Positions 26,616-36,088 of a stretch of DNA of 64,000 nt are shown here, piece after piece (positions within the stretch are counted from its first letter, which is position 1; every line of letters starts with the position of its first letter). Source of the stretch: a virus. Position numbers and translations under genes: made by a program. The stretch covers positions 38,121 to 102,120 of the IMG/VR virus record IMGVR_UViG_3300003322_000327; one strand, given 5' to 3'. A model generated the notes under the pieces. It ran no database searches. It saw nothing but the letters and a program-made list of their open reading frames with translations, and was not told the origin of the DNA.

Positions 26616-27290
26616 ATGAGCAAGACTGACCACCAACTCGGACTGCAGGTTCGAGATCACCTGATCGCTGCGGGCGTCGAAACTCCGATGATCCCGCTGA
26701 GTCACGCGCGTCCGCTCTACACTCCAGTCGGGCAGAAGGAGAAGATCGCGGAACACTTCGCGGCGATCATGCAGATTCTCGGCCTCGACCTCAACGACGA
26801 CAGCCTGGTCGAAACTCCGAAGCGTGTCGCCAAGATGTACGTGGACGAAATCTTCTACGGCCTCGACTACTCGAAGTTCCCGAAGTGCACGACGGTCGAG
26901 AACAAGATGCGCTACAGCGACATGGTCATGGAACGCAACGTCAGCGTCCAGTCCAACTGTGAGCATCACTTCGTCGTCATCGCCGGCAAGGCCCAGGTCG
27001 CCTACATCCCGAAGGACAAGGTACTCGGTCTCTCGAAGATCAACCGTGTCGTCGAGTTCTTCTCGAAACGGCCGCAGATCCAGGAGCGTCTGAGCGCGCA
27101 GATCTACCACGCGCTGCAGTACATCCTCGGCACCGACGACGTAGCAGTCGTCATCGAGGCCGAGCACTACTGCGTCAAGAGTCGCGGCGTCCGTGACGAA
27201 GGCTCATCGACCGTGAGCTCTCACATGGGTGGCAAGTTCATGGACCCGGCACTCAGGGCCGAGTTCATGTCATTCGTCGAACGAGCCTGA
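26616..27290 (+). CDS. folE: GTP cyclohydrolase I
   Basis: ETPKRVAKMY, NCEHH, GLSKINR, RPQIQERL, HYCVKSRGV. Confidence 0.95.
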   Translation: MSKTDHQLGLQVRDHLIAAGVETPMIPLSHARPLYTPVGQKEKIAEHFAAIMQILGLDLNDDSLVETPKRVAKMYVDEIFYGLDYSKFPKCTTVENKMRYSDMVMERNVSVQSNCEHHFVVIAGKAQVAYIPKDKVLGLSKINRVVEFFSKRPQIQERLSAQIYHALQYILGTDDVAVVIEAEHYCVKSRGVRDEGSSTVSSHMGGKFMDPALRAEFMSFVERA

Positions 27291-27324
27291 TCCAACAACC
27301 TCACCACACCACATAGGAAGCAAC

Positions 27325-28203
27325 ATGAGCACCGAACAAGTCAACGAACAGAGCCAGAACGAGCCCGTCGAAGCCGACCAAGGACTGGCGCCGCCGAAGT
27401 CGTACCCGCTTCTCAGCGCAGCCGAGCTGCAGCGCGTGCTGAGCCGCACCAGCGAGCACAGCTTCGCCTTCAACATCCAGCGCATGAACCAGATGTACAA
27501 GCTGCCGATCCTGACGGCGCCGACTCTGGAAGGTCTGACCAAGCCGAACGGCACGTCCGAGTCGGCCTCGAACCGCATCAAGGGCTTCCTCCGCACCCTG
27601 CACGACGAGGTGCTGGAAGGCAACGAGATCCTGGTCAAGCTGTGCCTCATCGAGTCGAGCCGTCTCGACACCGTGCCGGTGACGCTGGTCGAATGGGTGA
27701 AGACCATCGAAGAACGCCTCGGCATCATCCTCAGCTCCGAGTCGGCCACGAAGTGCCTCGAGTTCGCCGATCTGGTGCAGCGCGACTACGACGAAGCCGT
27801 CAAGGACGTGTTGGTCGACATCGCCGACTGGACGGGCGACATCATGGTCTACTGCCGGTCCGAGGCCATGAAGTTCGGCCTGCCCTCCGAGAACGTGCTC
27901 GAAGCCATCATGGGCTCCAACTTCACGAAGCTGCCCTCCGACGGCATCCCGGTCCACGACGCGAACGGCAAGTTCCTGAAAGACATGACCAACTTCGTGC
28001 CGCCCGAGCCGGCGATCAAGACCATGCTGTTCGGCCTCAAGCCCGAACCCACGGTCGACGCCGACGGCAACGTCAAGGCCACGGTCAGCCCGGCCACCCA
28101 GTCCTGGTTCGGCATCCCCGACTCGGACCCGACGGTCAAGATGAGCAACAACGTGTACTCTCCGGCCGAAGCCGGAACCAAGGACACGGGCTTCGTCGAC
28201 TGA
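27325..28203 (+). CDS. MazG-like all-alpha NTP pyrophosphohydrolase (PRA-PH/DR2231-like)
   Basis: DEVLE...DIADWTGDIMVY...IMGSNFTKL...NGKFLK...PP; ATG at 27325 with AGGAAG SD. Confidence 0.7.
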   Translation: MSTEQVNEQSQNEPVEADQGLAPPKSYPLLSAAELQRVLSRTSEHSFAFNIQRMNQMYKLPILTAPTLEGLTKPNGTSESASNRIKGFLRTLHDEVLEGNEILVKLCLIESSRLDTVPVTLVEWVKTIEERLGIILSSESATKCLEFADLVQRDYDEAVKDVLVDIADWTGDIMVYCRSEAMKFGLPSENVLEAIMGSNFTKLPSDGIPVHDANGKFLKDMTNFVPPEPAIKTMLFGLKPEPTVDADGNVKATVSPATQSWFGIPDSDPTVKMSNNVYSPAEAGTKDTGFVD

Positions 28204-28213
28204 GGACTGACCA

Positions 28214-28537
28214 ATGACTGCAGACCTGAAGCCCTTGGGTTGGGGCATCATCGCCAACAACGCGAAGGACAAGAAGTTGAGGTCCGGGGCCAAGGTCTGG
28301 ATCATCGGTGTCAACGGAGGTGGAGAACGCTGCCAAGTCAGAGGCCTGAATGTCCAAGGCCGCATGATCGAGAAGTACGTGGCGTTCTCCAATCTCAGCA
28401 ACTATCGACCAAGCGCGATCATGCCGACCCACACGAAGCACGAGGTGTGGCCGTTCGGTGGTCCGGATGATCGCGCTGTGGTGCAGGGCTACTGCGATTC
28501 GCTGAACAAGCGGACAGACAGTAAAGAAGAGTCGTAA
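28214..28537 (+). CDS. hypothetical protein (SH3/KOW-like beta pattern)
   Basis: 107-aa ORF, GAGGA SD. Confidence 0.65.
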   Translation: MTADLKPLGWGIIANNAKDKKLRSGAKVWIIGVNGGGERCQVRGLNVQGRMIEKYVAFSNLSNYRPSAIMPTHTKHEVWPFGGPDDRAVVQGYCDSLNKRTDSKEES

Positions 28538-28548
28538 AGGAGCAGAGC

Positions 28549-29181
28549 ATGGAATTCAAGTACAAGTCAACGAAGACCTTTCACCAGGCCTTTCCGGTCG
28601 CGTACAGGCAGTGGCGTGCGGACTCGCATTGCAACGTCGTGCATGGCTACGCGCTGTCGATCCACCTCGAGTTCGGCGCCTTCGACCTCGACGCTCGTAA
28701 CTGGGTCGTCGACTTCGGATCGCTGAAGCCCCTCAAGGCGCAGCTCGAAGACTGGTTCGATCACACGATGCTGGTCGCCGAAGACGATCCGCATCGGGAA
28801 GCGCTGCTCGCTCTCCACAAGCTGGGTGTCGCCAAGGTCACCGAAGTCGAGCGCACGGGCTGCGAAGGTCTGGCCGACTTCGTCTTCGAGCACCTCAACG
28901 ATCGTGACGCCGGCTGGCTCAAACTCTACGGCTACGGCGGTCGCGTCATCTGCACCAAGGTCGAAGTCCGTGAGACGGATGCCAACATGGCGATGCGGAC
29001 CCTGACCGTCAGCGACTGGGTCCGGTTCACGATGCCGACCGAGCAGAAGCACGTCCACCAAGGTGCTGTCGCGGCAGGCAGCACCAAACCAGTCGGCACC
29101 ATCGAAGACTTCGAGGTCGTCTGTGACAAGAACGGACTGACGGCCGATGAACGACTGGCTCAACAAGCGGAGCGAGCATGA
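28549..29181 (+). CDS. queD: 6-carboxytetrahydropterin synthase
   Basis: YRQWRADSHCNVVHGY, WVVDFG, FDHTML, CEGLA, VEVRET. Confidence 0.85.
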   Translation: MEFKYKSTKTFHQAFPVAYRQWRADSHCNVVHGYALSIHLEFGAFDLDARNWVVDFGSLKPLKAQLEDWFDHTMLVAEDDPHREALLALHKLGVAKVTEVERTGCEGLADFVFEHLNDRDAGWLKLYGYGGRVICTKVEVRETDANMAMRTLTVSDWVRFTMPTEQKHVHQGAVAAGSTKPVGTIEDFEVVCDKNGLTADERLAQQAERA

Positions 29182-29630
29182 GACCAGTACATATCCACAC
29201 CCACGTCGAGGCACCACGGACTCCGAGCCGTATCGACGTCCACGAGCATCGGGCTCCGACCGTCGAGTCGGCGAAGTTTCTGTCCGAGCTCGAAGCCGAG
29301 GCCATGAAGAAGATCGAGGCATCGATCAAGCTCGACCACTCTCTGTTCGACTGCCGTGTATTCGTCATGCGAGAGTCCGGCATCAACAACGACATCAAGT
29401 TCGTGATGTTCTATCGGCTGGGTCCGAATCCGACGCCCGGTCGTGAACTGGACTACGCGAAGATGACTCGTGTTGAACACGAGGTACAGCTCTGGAGCAA
29501 TCCGCCACTCGACCAGATCGTGGCCGGCATCATCAAGGCTCTGTCCGAGTCGATCGCCAGAACCATGCTGAGCTCGTGCGGCGAGAGCCTGCTGCGCTCG
29601 ATGCGTGAGATGGGCATGGGCTGGTCATGA
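29178..29630 (+). CDS. hypothetical phage protein
   Basis: 150-aa ORF, ATGA overlaps. Confidence 0.65.
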   Translation: MRPVHIHTHVEAPRTPSRIDVHEHRAPTVESAKFLSELEAEAMKKIEASIKLDHSLFDCRVFVMRESGINNDIKFVMFYRLGPNPTPGRELDYAKMTRVEHEVQLWSNPPLDQIVAGIIKALSESIARTMLSSCGESLLRSMREMGMGWS

Positions 29631-29926
29631 CTACCAGAGAAGAACGCGAAGCTCATCACGCATTCGTGCTCGGAGTTAAGACCGAGATGGAAGGCAAGTT
29701 CGACTCGTTGTCGCCAGCCGATCGCGAACTCGTGCTCGGCATGAGTGCCAACTTCCATTACAGGGACGGAACGAAGAACCCTGAGCCACCGATGGGTACG
29801 ATCAGCATCCGTCCAGGTCAGCTGAATAATCTGCTGGCCCTGGCTCTGCTTCTCGGACGTCAGTCCGAAGCCACCGTCGGCATCTACATCAAGTCGCCGA
29901 TCCCTCCGGCACCACCACGCACGTAA
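29627..29926 (+). CDS. hypothetical phage protein
   Basis: 99-aa ORF. Confidence 0.65.
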   Translation: MTTREEREAHHAFVLGVKTEMEGKFDSLSPADRELVLGMSANFHYRDGTKNPEPPMGTISIRPGQLNNLLALALLLGRQSEATVGIYIKSPIPPAPPRT

Positions 29927-29935
29927 GGAATCAAC

Positions 29936-30994
29936 ATGAACGAAACTCAAGTCCGCCCCGTCCAGACCCAGTACGAAGACATGATGCGCTTCATCCGTGA
30001 CCACGGCCGCTACAAGGGCGACCGGACGGGCACCGGTACCAAGTCGATCTTCGGCTACCAGCTGCGCTACAACCTGCAGCACGGCTTCCCGCTCATCACC
30101 ACCAAGAAGGTGGCGACCAAGCCGATGGTGACCGAACTGCTGTGGTTCTTGAAGGGCGACACCAACATCGGCTACCTGCACGAGCACGGCTGCCACATCT
30201 GGGACGAGTGGGCAGACAAGGACGGCAATCTCGGCCCCGTCTACGGTGCGCAGTGGCGTGCGTGGCCGGGCAAGTTCGCCGTCATGCAGACGGCCTCGAT
30301 GGCGAGTCCGGAACGTCAACTCCCGGACGGCGCCCGTGACGTCGTCAACATCGTAGGCCAGACCGGCGACCTCCACACCATCTATCAGGAGCCGATCGAC
30401 CAGATCGAGTGGGTCGTGAATCGGCTGAAGACGAACCCGGACTGCCGGCGCATCATCGTCAGCGCCTGGAACGTGGCCGAGCTGCCGAAGATGGCGCTCA
30501 TGCCCTGCCACGCGCTCTTCCAGTTCTACACGCACGAGCTGACCCTGAAAGAGCGGCAGGACCTGTACCTGACCGACGAGCCGCAGCCCGACTACGCAGC
30601 CGAGACCGACGAGGCGGTGATGCAGCACCTGCACAAGTTCCTGGACGAGCAGGGCGTGCCGCGTCGAGCCCTCAGCTGCCAGCTGTACCAGCGCAGCTGC
30701 GACACCTTCCTCGGCGTCCCGTTCAACATCGCGAGTTACGCGCTGCTGACCCACATGATCGCCCAGCAGGTCGGTATGGCCGTCGGCGACTTCATCTGGA
30801 CGGGAGGCGATGTCCACCTCTACTCCAACCACGGGGAGCAAGTGGACCTGCAGCTGAGTCGAGTGTCCGAAGCCTATCCGTTCCCGACTCTGAAGCTTCG
30901 GAAAGCGAACTCGATCTTCGAGTACACCCACGACGACATCGAGTTCGTGAACTACCAGCACCATCCGGCCATCAAGGCCCCGGTCGCGGTCTGA
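29936..30994 (+). CDS. thyA: thymidylate synthase
   Basis: [61 protein letters not shown]. Confidence 0.97.
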   Translation: MNETQVRPVQTQYEDMMRFIRDHGRYKGDRTGTGTKSIFGYQLRYNLQHGFPLITTKKVATKPMVTELLWFLKGDTNIGYLHEHGCHIWDEWADKDGNLGPVYGAQWRAWPGKFAVMQTASMASPERQLPDGARDVVNIVGQTGDLHTIYQEPIDQIEWVVNRLKTNPDCRRIIVSAWNVAELPKMALMPCHALFQFYTHELTLKERQDLYLTDEPQPDYAAETDEAVMQHLHKFLDEQGVPRRALSCQLYQRSCDTFLGVPFNIASYALLTHMIAQQVGMAVGDFIWTGGDVHLYSNHGEQVDLQLSRVSEAYPFPTLKLRKANSIFEYTHDDIEFVNYQHHPAIKAPVAV

Positions 30995-31005
30995 CGGAGA
31001 AGGCG

Positions 31006-31941
31006 ATGCTCACCATCGGTAAGCCCATCATCCGACAGACGTGGCACAAGTACGGCGGCATCGGCGGACAGGCGAGGCTGGCCGGCATCAACGACCTGAA
31101 TCCGATGAGGGTCGACCCCAACTCGGCTCTCTTCGTCTTCACGATCGGTTGGGACGTCGGTAAGCTGAACTTGCCCACTTGCAGCGGTGGTGACGTCGTG
31201 CCCATCAAGCTTCACGACACGAACGTTGCAGCGATCAATCATCGAGCTCTGACGATGCACATGTGTCAGTGTCTGCACGATGGTGGCCTAGTCACAATCC
31301 AGATGCCGTTCATCGATGGTTCGGTGGACTCGGAACTCTGTGCCTACGTGCTCGAAGTTCCGGGTCTGAGTGGCTTCAAGGTCGCTGACATCAGCATTCA
31401 AGATCGACTGGGTGCGGTTGACAAGGCATGGTCGATCCAGTCAGGGCACAGTGTAGAAGCTGATGACCTGATGTTCGTGATGTCGGCTCACACAGCGTCT
31501 CTGCCTTCCAAGGTCACGGAACTGAATCTCGATTCGGACTGGAAGCTGCTTGCTCGACACGAGGACGGCGCGCAGCTGATGCCGAATCAGGTCGGCTATC
31601 GCTTCGCCAATCACGGCGGTCGAAACATGGCAGTCTTCGCTACCAGCGACACGAGCAAGAACGGAGACTTCACGATCATGACCACGATGCGCAAGGAACT
31701 CGAGTCCGATGATGTAGTTCATGACGAGGCCGCTGACGACGGAATCGATCAAGAAATGCCAGTGGATCCGGTGAAGACCAGGACCTTCTTGCACGTCAAG
31801 GTCGGCACCGACGACTGGCATCCGACCGATGCTTACATCGATGCGGTCAAGAAGAAGTTCGAGGACGCCAAGGTCGTTGACGTGGTGATCGCGACCGACA
31901 GCCGAGTTTCGATCGAGGTCCACACCATCTACAAGGATTGA
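31006..31941 (+). CDS. hypothetical phage protein
   Basis: ATG 31006 with GGAG SD, within ORF 30409..31941. Confidence 0.65.
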   Translation: MLTIGKPIIRQTWHKYGGIGGQARLAGINDLNPMRVDPNSALFVFTIGWDVGKLNLPTCSGGDVVPIKLHDTNVAAINHRALTMHMCQCLHDGGLVTIQMPFIDGSVDSELCAYVLEVPGLSGFKVADISIQDRLGAVDKAWSIQSGHSVEADDLMFVMSAHTASLPSKVTELNLDSDWKLLARHEDGAQLMPNQVGYRFANHGGRNMAVFATSDTSKNGDFTIMTTMRKELESDDVVHDEAADDGIDQEMPVDPVKTRTFLHVKVGTDDWHPTDAYIDAVKKKFEDAKVVDVVIATDSRVSIEVHTIYKD

Positions 31942-32153
31942 CCATGGCCCAGGCCCCAAAAATTCCGGTGCAGGTCAGCTTCGTTGAAGTCGGCCACAAG
32001 TCAGAAGTCGTCATACTGACTCGGGTTCCATCACTCGGTGAACACGTGTGCGTCGGTGAGCGGGTCTACCTCGTTCTTTCAGTCATCCACAATCCTCTGA
32101 CTCACGCCACCAGCGGCGAGGCCGCTGCTCTGATCCGAGTCAATGGAACCTGA
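31938..32153 (+). CDS. small hypothetical protein
   Basis: 71-aa ORF overlapping the upstream stop. Confidence 0.5.
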   Translation: MTMAQAPKIPVQVSFVEVGHKSEVVILTRVPSLGEHVCVGERVYLVLSVIHNPLTHATSGEAAALIRVNGT

Positions 32154-32161
32154 GGTCGAAC

Positions 32162-32392
32162 ATGAGTCAACTTCGTCACGTAGTTGCCATTCCGGCATTC
32201 GACACCAACGTCGCGGCCAATGGCACGTATCCGGGCTGGCAGTCAGGCAACCTCTGCGTCTTCGACGCCAAGGACTTGACAGGCCGATCCCAGTCCTACC
32301 AGTTCGATACCAAGGTCGGTGTTCGCGATCTCAGATGCAAGGTCAGCGTCACTGTCTACAACGGTGTCGCGACCTCCAGTTCTGATACTTGA
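32162..32392 (+). CDS. small hypothetical protein
   Basis: 76-aa ORF, GAGGT SD. Confidence 0.6.
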   Translation: MSQLRHVVAIPAFDTNVAANGTYPGWQSGNLCVFDAKDLTGRSQSYQFDTKVGVRDLRCKVSVTVYNGVATSSSDT

Positions 32393-32649
32393 AGGTGATC
32401 ATGAACACGAAAGCAACGAAGCTTGCACCCGACATTGTCCGCAGTCGGGAAGTCAGCACCAAGGCCGGTCACAGCATCGAGGTCGTGGTGCACCTGAAGC
32501 CCGGACAACACCTGCTCGTCGTCGAGGCCGACAAGATGTACCAGTTCAACGGCGACCCGTTGGATGACGTGCTATCGGGTGACGCACTGCTCGGACTCGG
32601 GCGCGTGACCTGGGACAACCTCGAGCAAGAGTGGTTGAGTGTCGACTGA
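32389..32649 (+). CDS. small hypothetical protein
   Basis: 86-aa ORF (ATG at 32401 is an alternative start). Confidence 0.6.
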   Translation: MKVIMNTKATKLAPDIVRSREVSTKAGHSIEVVVHLKPGQHLLVVEADKMYQFNGDPLDDVLSGDALLGLGRVTWDNLEQEWLSVD

Positions 32650-32653
32650 GTAA

Positions 32654-32693
32654 AGGGCGCATGGGCACCAAGTCCATGCGCCCTCTTTCGTTT
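32654..32693 (+). terminator. Rho-independent terminator closing the replication/metabolism operon
   Basis: 11-bp stem AGGGCGCATGG/CCATGCGCCCT followed by CTTTCGTTT. Confidence 0.75.
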
Positions 32694-32757
32694 CTGGACC
32701 CTAATTTTATGCCTACATGATCTAGACATCCCACCAATCCACAAGAGGAACCCGGGC

Positions 32758-34377
32758 ATGGAAGTCTTCAAGCTCACCGCCTCGCAGCTGACGAACCTGC
32801 TGCAAATTCTCGGCGCCCTGGTTGCCGACTACATCTCCAATCCGAAGGGTCCGATGGCTCAGAACCTTCGGCCCTACGTCAAGTCGAAGCTCGAGTGGCG
32901 CGACCTGCCATCGTTGCCTCAAGCGATTCAGACCGCGATCAAGGGTGGCGACAAGCTCAGCGCCCTGTTCGAGGTCGGCACCGAACTCCGGCATGCGCTG
33001 CCTGACTTCAAGCAGAACCGCGAGTACACGACGCCCGAACTCAAGATGCTGAACGCGCTTCGCGCTTACCTCAGCTCGGACTCGGAGTCGGCGCTCAACT
33101 ACATCCGCACCAATGCGTCGGTGTTCGGCAGTCCTGAACTCGCCTCCATCTTCGTGCCTCCGATTCCCAAGGCCGACAACGTGGCGCTCAAGCGCGTCGT
33201 CAAGTCGCTGGTCGGTCGCGACGGCACGCACCTGACGCGGCAAGAAGCCGAGATGCTGAAGGAGACGAACCCGAAGGACTACGCGCTGTATGTCGAGCAC
33301 CGGAAGGCGCACAACGCGGAGTTCAAGGCCACGTTGTCGAACTTCGTTCGCAAGCAAGGCGCGAAGGCCGACTATGCGAAGGCCTACAAGTACATCGTGG
33401 GTCAAGGCTTCACGCACTCGATGGTGCCGGGCTTCGATGGCCTGATCGACGACAAGGGTGCCTGGTACACGAAGGAAGGCGAACTCATCAACGGCGTGCC
33501 GAACCTCAGCACCTACACGCACGTGGTGATGAACGATGGCCGAGACCCGGAAGCCAGCTGGATCTTCAAGGCCTACAAACTGGACGGCGAAGTCGCCTAC
33601 GGCTACACGGCCAACTTCCGTCGTTCGCAGTCGAGCGCCAAGTACGAGCACGTGGCCGACCTGATGCGTAACATCGGTGAGATCCAGGCCAAGTGGCAGC
33701 AGAAGATCAAGAAGTTCAATCCGGCTGACAAGCTCAGCGTCTGCGCCGTCGTGCTCGAGATCCTCTACTCGTACGCTGCGCGCATTGGTTCGGCTCCGGG
33801 CCGCGGTGCCGGCACGCTGCTGGTCAAGAACGCGTCGATCACCCAAAACGGCGTCAACCTCGCCTACATCGGCAAGGACTCGATCCCGACCAAGCACATC
33901 ATCCGCTCGGCTGACAGTCCGGCGCACGCCTATCTGGTCAAGGCGCTGAAGATCCTGATGGAAGGCAAGAAGCCTTCGATGTGGCTCTACACCGCAGAGA
34001 TCAACGGACGCCTGGTCCGAGTCAGCCCTGCCGACGTCAATAAGGCGTTCCATCTCTTCGGTGCTCCCGAGTCGGTGACGGTTCACAAGCTGCGGACGTG
34101 CCGTGGTACCACGCTTTTCAAGCACCTGATGGACAAGGATGCAGAGCGCAAGCCGCCGATGACACCGAAGGATGCGCTCGAGCGCTACAAGGACATGACG
34201 ACCAAGGTCGGTCTGCTGCTGAATCACAAGCGTGGTGTCGGTACCGAGAAGGAGTCGGTGACGGGCACGACCGCGGCTCTGTCCTACATCGACGGCGATC
34301 TCCAGGCCGAACTGTGGAGCCGCTGGGGCTTCCGCCCGCCTTCTTTCCTGGAGAAGCTTCTCCGCGACGACTCGTGA
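32758..34377 (+). CDS. type IB DNA topoisomerase-like protein with a long N-terminal extension
   Basis: catalytic pentad pattern ARIG (R), YIGK (K), KLRT (R), LNH (H) and SYID (Y). Confidence 0.75.
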   Translation: MEVFKLTASQLTNLLQILGALVADYISNPKGPMAQNLRPYVKSKLEWRDLPSLPQAIQTAIKGGDKLSALFEVGTELRHALPDFKQNREYTTPELKMLNALRAYLSSDSESALNYIRTNASVFGSPELASIFVPPIPKADNVALKRVVKSLVGRDGTHLTRQEAEMLKETNPKDYALYVEHRKAHNAEFKATLSNFVRKQGAKADYAKAYKYIVGQGFTHSMVPGFDGLIDDKGAWYTKEGELINGVPNLSTYTHVVMNDGRDPEASWIFKAYKLDGEVAYGYTANFRRSQSSAKYEHVADLMRNIGEIQAKWQQKIKKFNPADKLSVCAVVLEILYSYAARIGSAPGRGAGTLLVKNASITQNGVNLAYIGKDSIPTKHIIRSADSPAHAYLVKALKILMEGKKPSMWLYTAEINGRLVRVSPADVNKAFHLFGAPESVTVHKLRTCRGTTLFKHLMDKDAERKPPMTPKDALERYKDMTTKVGLLLNHKRGVGTEKESVTGTTAALSYIDGDLQAELWSRWGFRPPSFLEKLLRDDS

Positions 34378-34381
34378 GGTC

Positions 34382-34684
34382 ATGATGCAACTGCAGGCAA
34401 AAGCACGACTCCAGGCTAGCGCGAACCAAGAGGACGTACTCGAGGTCGCGCTTCAACGCCAGGGTCTTTCATACACCAAGGTCGATGACAGGACCTTCAA
34501 GATCAAGCGTGTGGATCAAGCCAGTGCACTCGCCTCACTTTTGAGGCGCATCGTCGAGCACTTCGACAAGGATGAAGGTGCGTACCTGGACCATGGGCCC
34601 GAAGGCTATCGGATCTTCAATCCCAAGTCGGACTGGCGCCTGACGACCGACAACGGTGAGCTTCTTGTCAAGCGGGTGAAGTGA
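34382..34684 (+). CDS. hypothetical protein with N-terminal QLQAKARLQAS tag
   Basis: 100-aa ORF; repeated peptide motif. Confidence 0.7.
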   Translation: MMQLQAKARLQASANQEDVLEVALQRQGLSYTKVDDRTFKIKRVDQASALASLLRRIVEHFDKDEGAYLDHGPEGYRIFNPKSDWRLTTDNGELLVKRVK

Positions 34685-35112
34685 TGCCAACACCGTACAT
34701 CAAGAAGCTCTCGAAAGAGGGCAAGGGTTCGGTCCCAAGTCTCGAAAAGAAATGGGATCGAGCCAAGGACGCTGCGGCAAAGCAAGGTCACAGCAAGGAC
34801 TACGGGTACGTCACCAACATCTTCAAGAGCATGTCACACGCAAGTCTCAAACTCCAGGCCAAGTCGAGGCTGCAAGCGACCGAGTACATCCCCGACACGA
34901 AGAAGCTCGCGGAGTGTCACATCGAACGCTGGTACGATCGTTCGATCCGCAGCTGGACGGTTGTCCTCAAGGACAAGGACGACAACCAGGTCGGTGACAG
35001 CATCGTCGTCGGCACACAGGGCGAAGCCAAGAAGATCACGAAGGACAACCCGGCGTTCAACGTCCGGGACTTCGATGCCGAAAACGCACTCCGCTACAGG
35101 AAGAAGTCATGA
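34684..35112 (+). CDS. hypothetical protein with an internal KLQAKSRLQAT tag
   Basis: about 50-aa basic helical N-module, then the tag, then a second module. Confidence 0.7.
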   Translation: MPTPYIKKLSKEGKGSVPSLEKKWDRAKDAAAKQGHSKDYGYVTNIFKSMSHASLKLQAKSRLQATEYIPDTKKLAECHIERWYDRSIRSWTVVLKDKDDNQVGDSIVVGTQGEAKKITKDNPAFNVRDFDAENALRYRKKS

Positions 35113-36077
35113 AACTCCAAGCCAAGAGCCGCCTGTTGGCGATGACGCTGACCGGCCCGCAACGCGACCGCATCATCCAGTCACTGATCGACAGCGAAGA
35201 GCTGTCGCCGAACGACGATCCGCACTCGATGTCGGACGACGAGCTGGTTCGCGAGTACAAGCGCATCCACCACGTCCCGGACAACTGGGAGCCGTCCATG
35301 CTACTCGCATCCGCAGGTCGTGACAGCTTCAATGTCAAGGTCAGCTATGACGATCCGACCGGCAAAGGCATCGCCTCGACCTCGGTTCTGATCAGAGACT
35401 GCACCGATGCTGAACAAGCGCGTCGACTCTTCAACGAGCGCTACAAGCATCACTACAAGAACCCCAAGATCACGAGCGTGATCAAGGTCAAAAACCTTCA
35501 GGCCGATGCCGGTCTCGAGCGCTGGCTCCACGAGATGGCCGATATGCACGGCGCTCAAGGCAATGACGAGGACGGCCGTGCCACGGTCATGGATGCGCTG
35601 CGCAAGAGTCGCGATCGCAATCCGGTGATCATCGTCGTCGGCGATGGGACCCCGAAGCACGTGTTCACGCTCGGCCCGTCGAACCAGATCGCGACCGACA
35701 GCCTGCACGGCCTGTACGACGACGCGCGCACCTACAAGTGCGAGTACGGCGGCAAGCGCTGCGAGTTCAGGACCCTGGCGGTCATCGATGTAGATGACTT
35801 CATGGACCACTACTCATCGGTGCATGCGTCGAAGACGCAGCCGGGTCACAAGCCCATGGAAGCCGCATCAGCCATCGGCGCCGACTTGAAGAATGCGATC
35901 ACGAGCGTGGTCGTCCGAACTCTGAAGGTCCCAACCCCGAAGGACAAGGTGATCACCAAGGTGCTGGCCGACCCGACGGTCAAGAACTACATGAAGGCAA
36001 CCGGCGCTGGCGAAGAGCTCGTCAAGACCTACGCTGCGCGCGTCTGGGACGAGTTCGAAGCTGCCGTCGACCACTGA
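35109..36077 (+). CDS. multi-module hypothetical protein with N-terminal KLQAKSRLLAM tag
   Basis: 322-aa ORF. Confidence 0.75.
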   Translation: MKLQAKSRLLAMTLTGPQRDRIIQSLIDSEELSPNDDPHSMSDDELVREYKRIHHVPDNWEPSMLLASAGRDSFNVKVSYDDPTGKGIASTSVLIRDCTDAEQARRLFNERYKHHYKNPKITSVIKVKNLQADAGLERWLHEMADMHGAQGNDEDGRATVMDALRKSRDRNPVIIVVGDGTPKHVFTLGPSNQIATDSLHGLYDDARTYKCEYGGKRCEFRTLAVIDVDDFMDHYSSVHASKTQPGHKPMEAASAIGADLKNAITSVVVRTLKVPTPKDKVITKVLADPTVKNYMKATGAGEELVKTYAARVWDEFEAAVDH

Positions 36078-36088
36078 AGGAGAATCAC

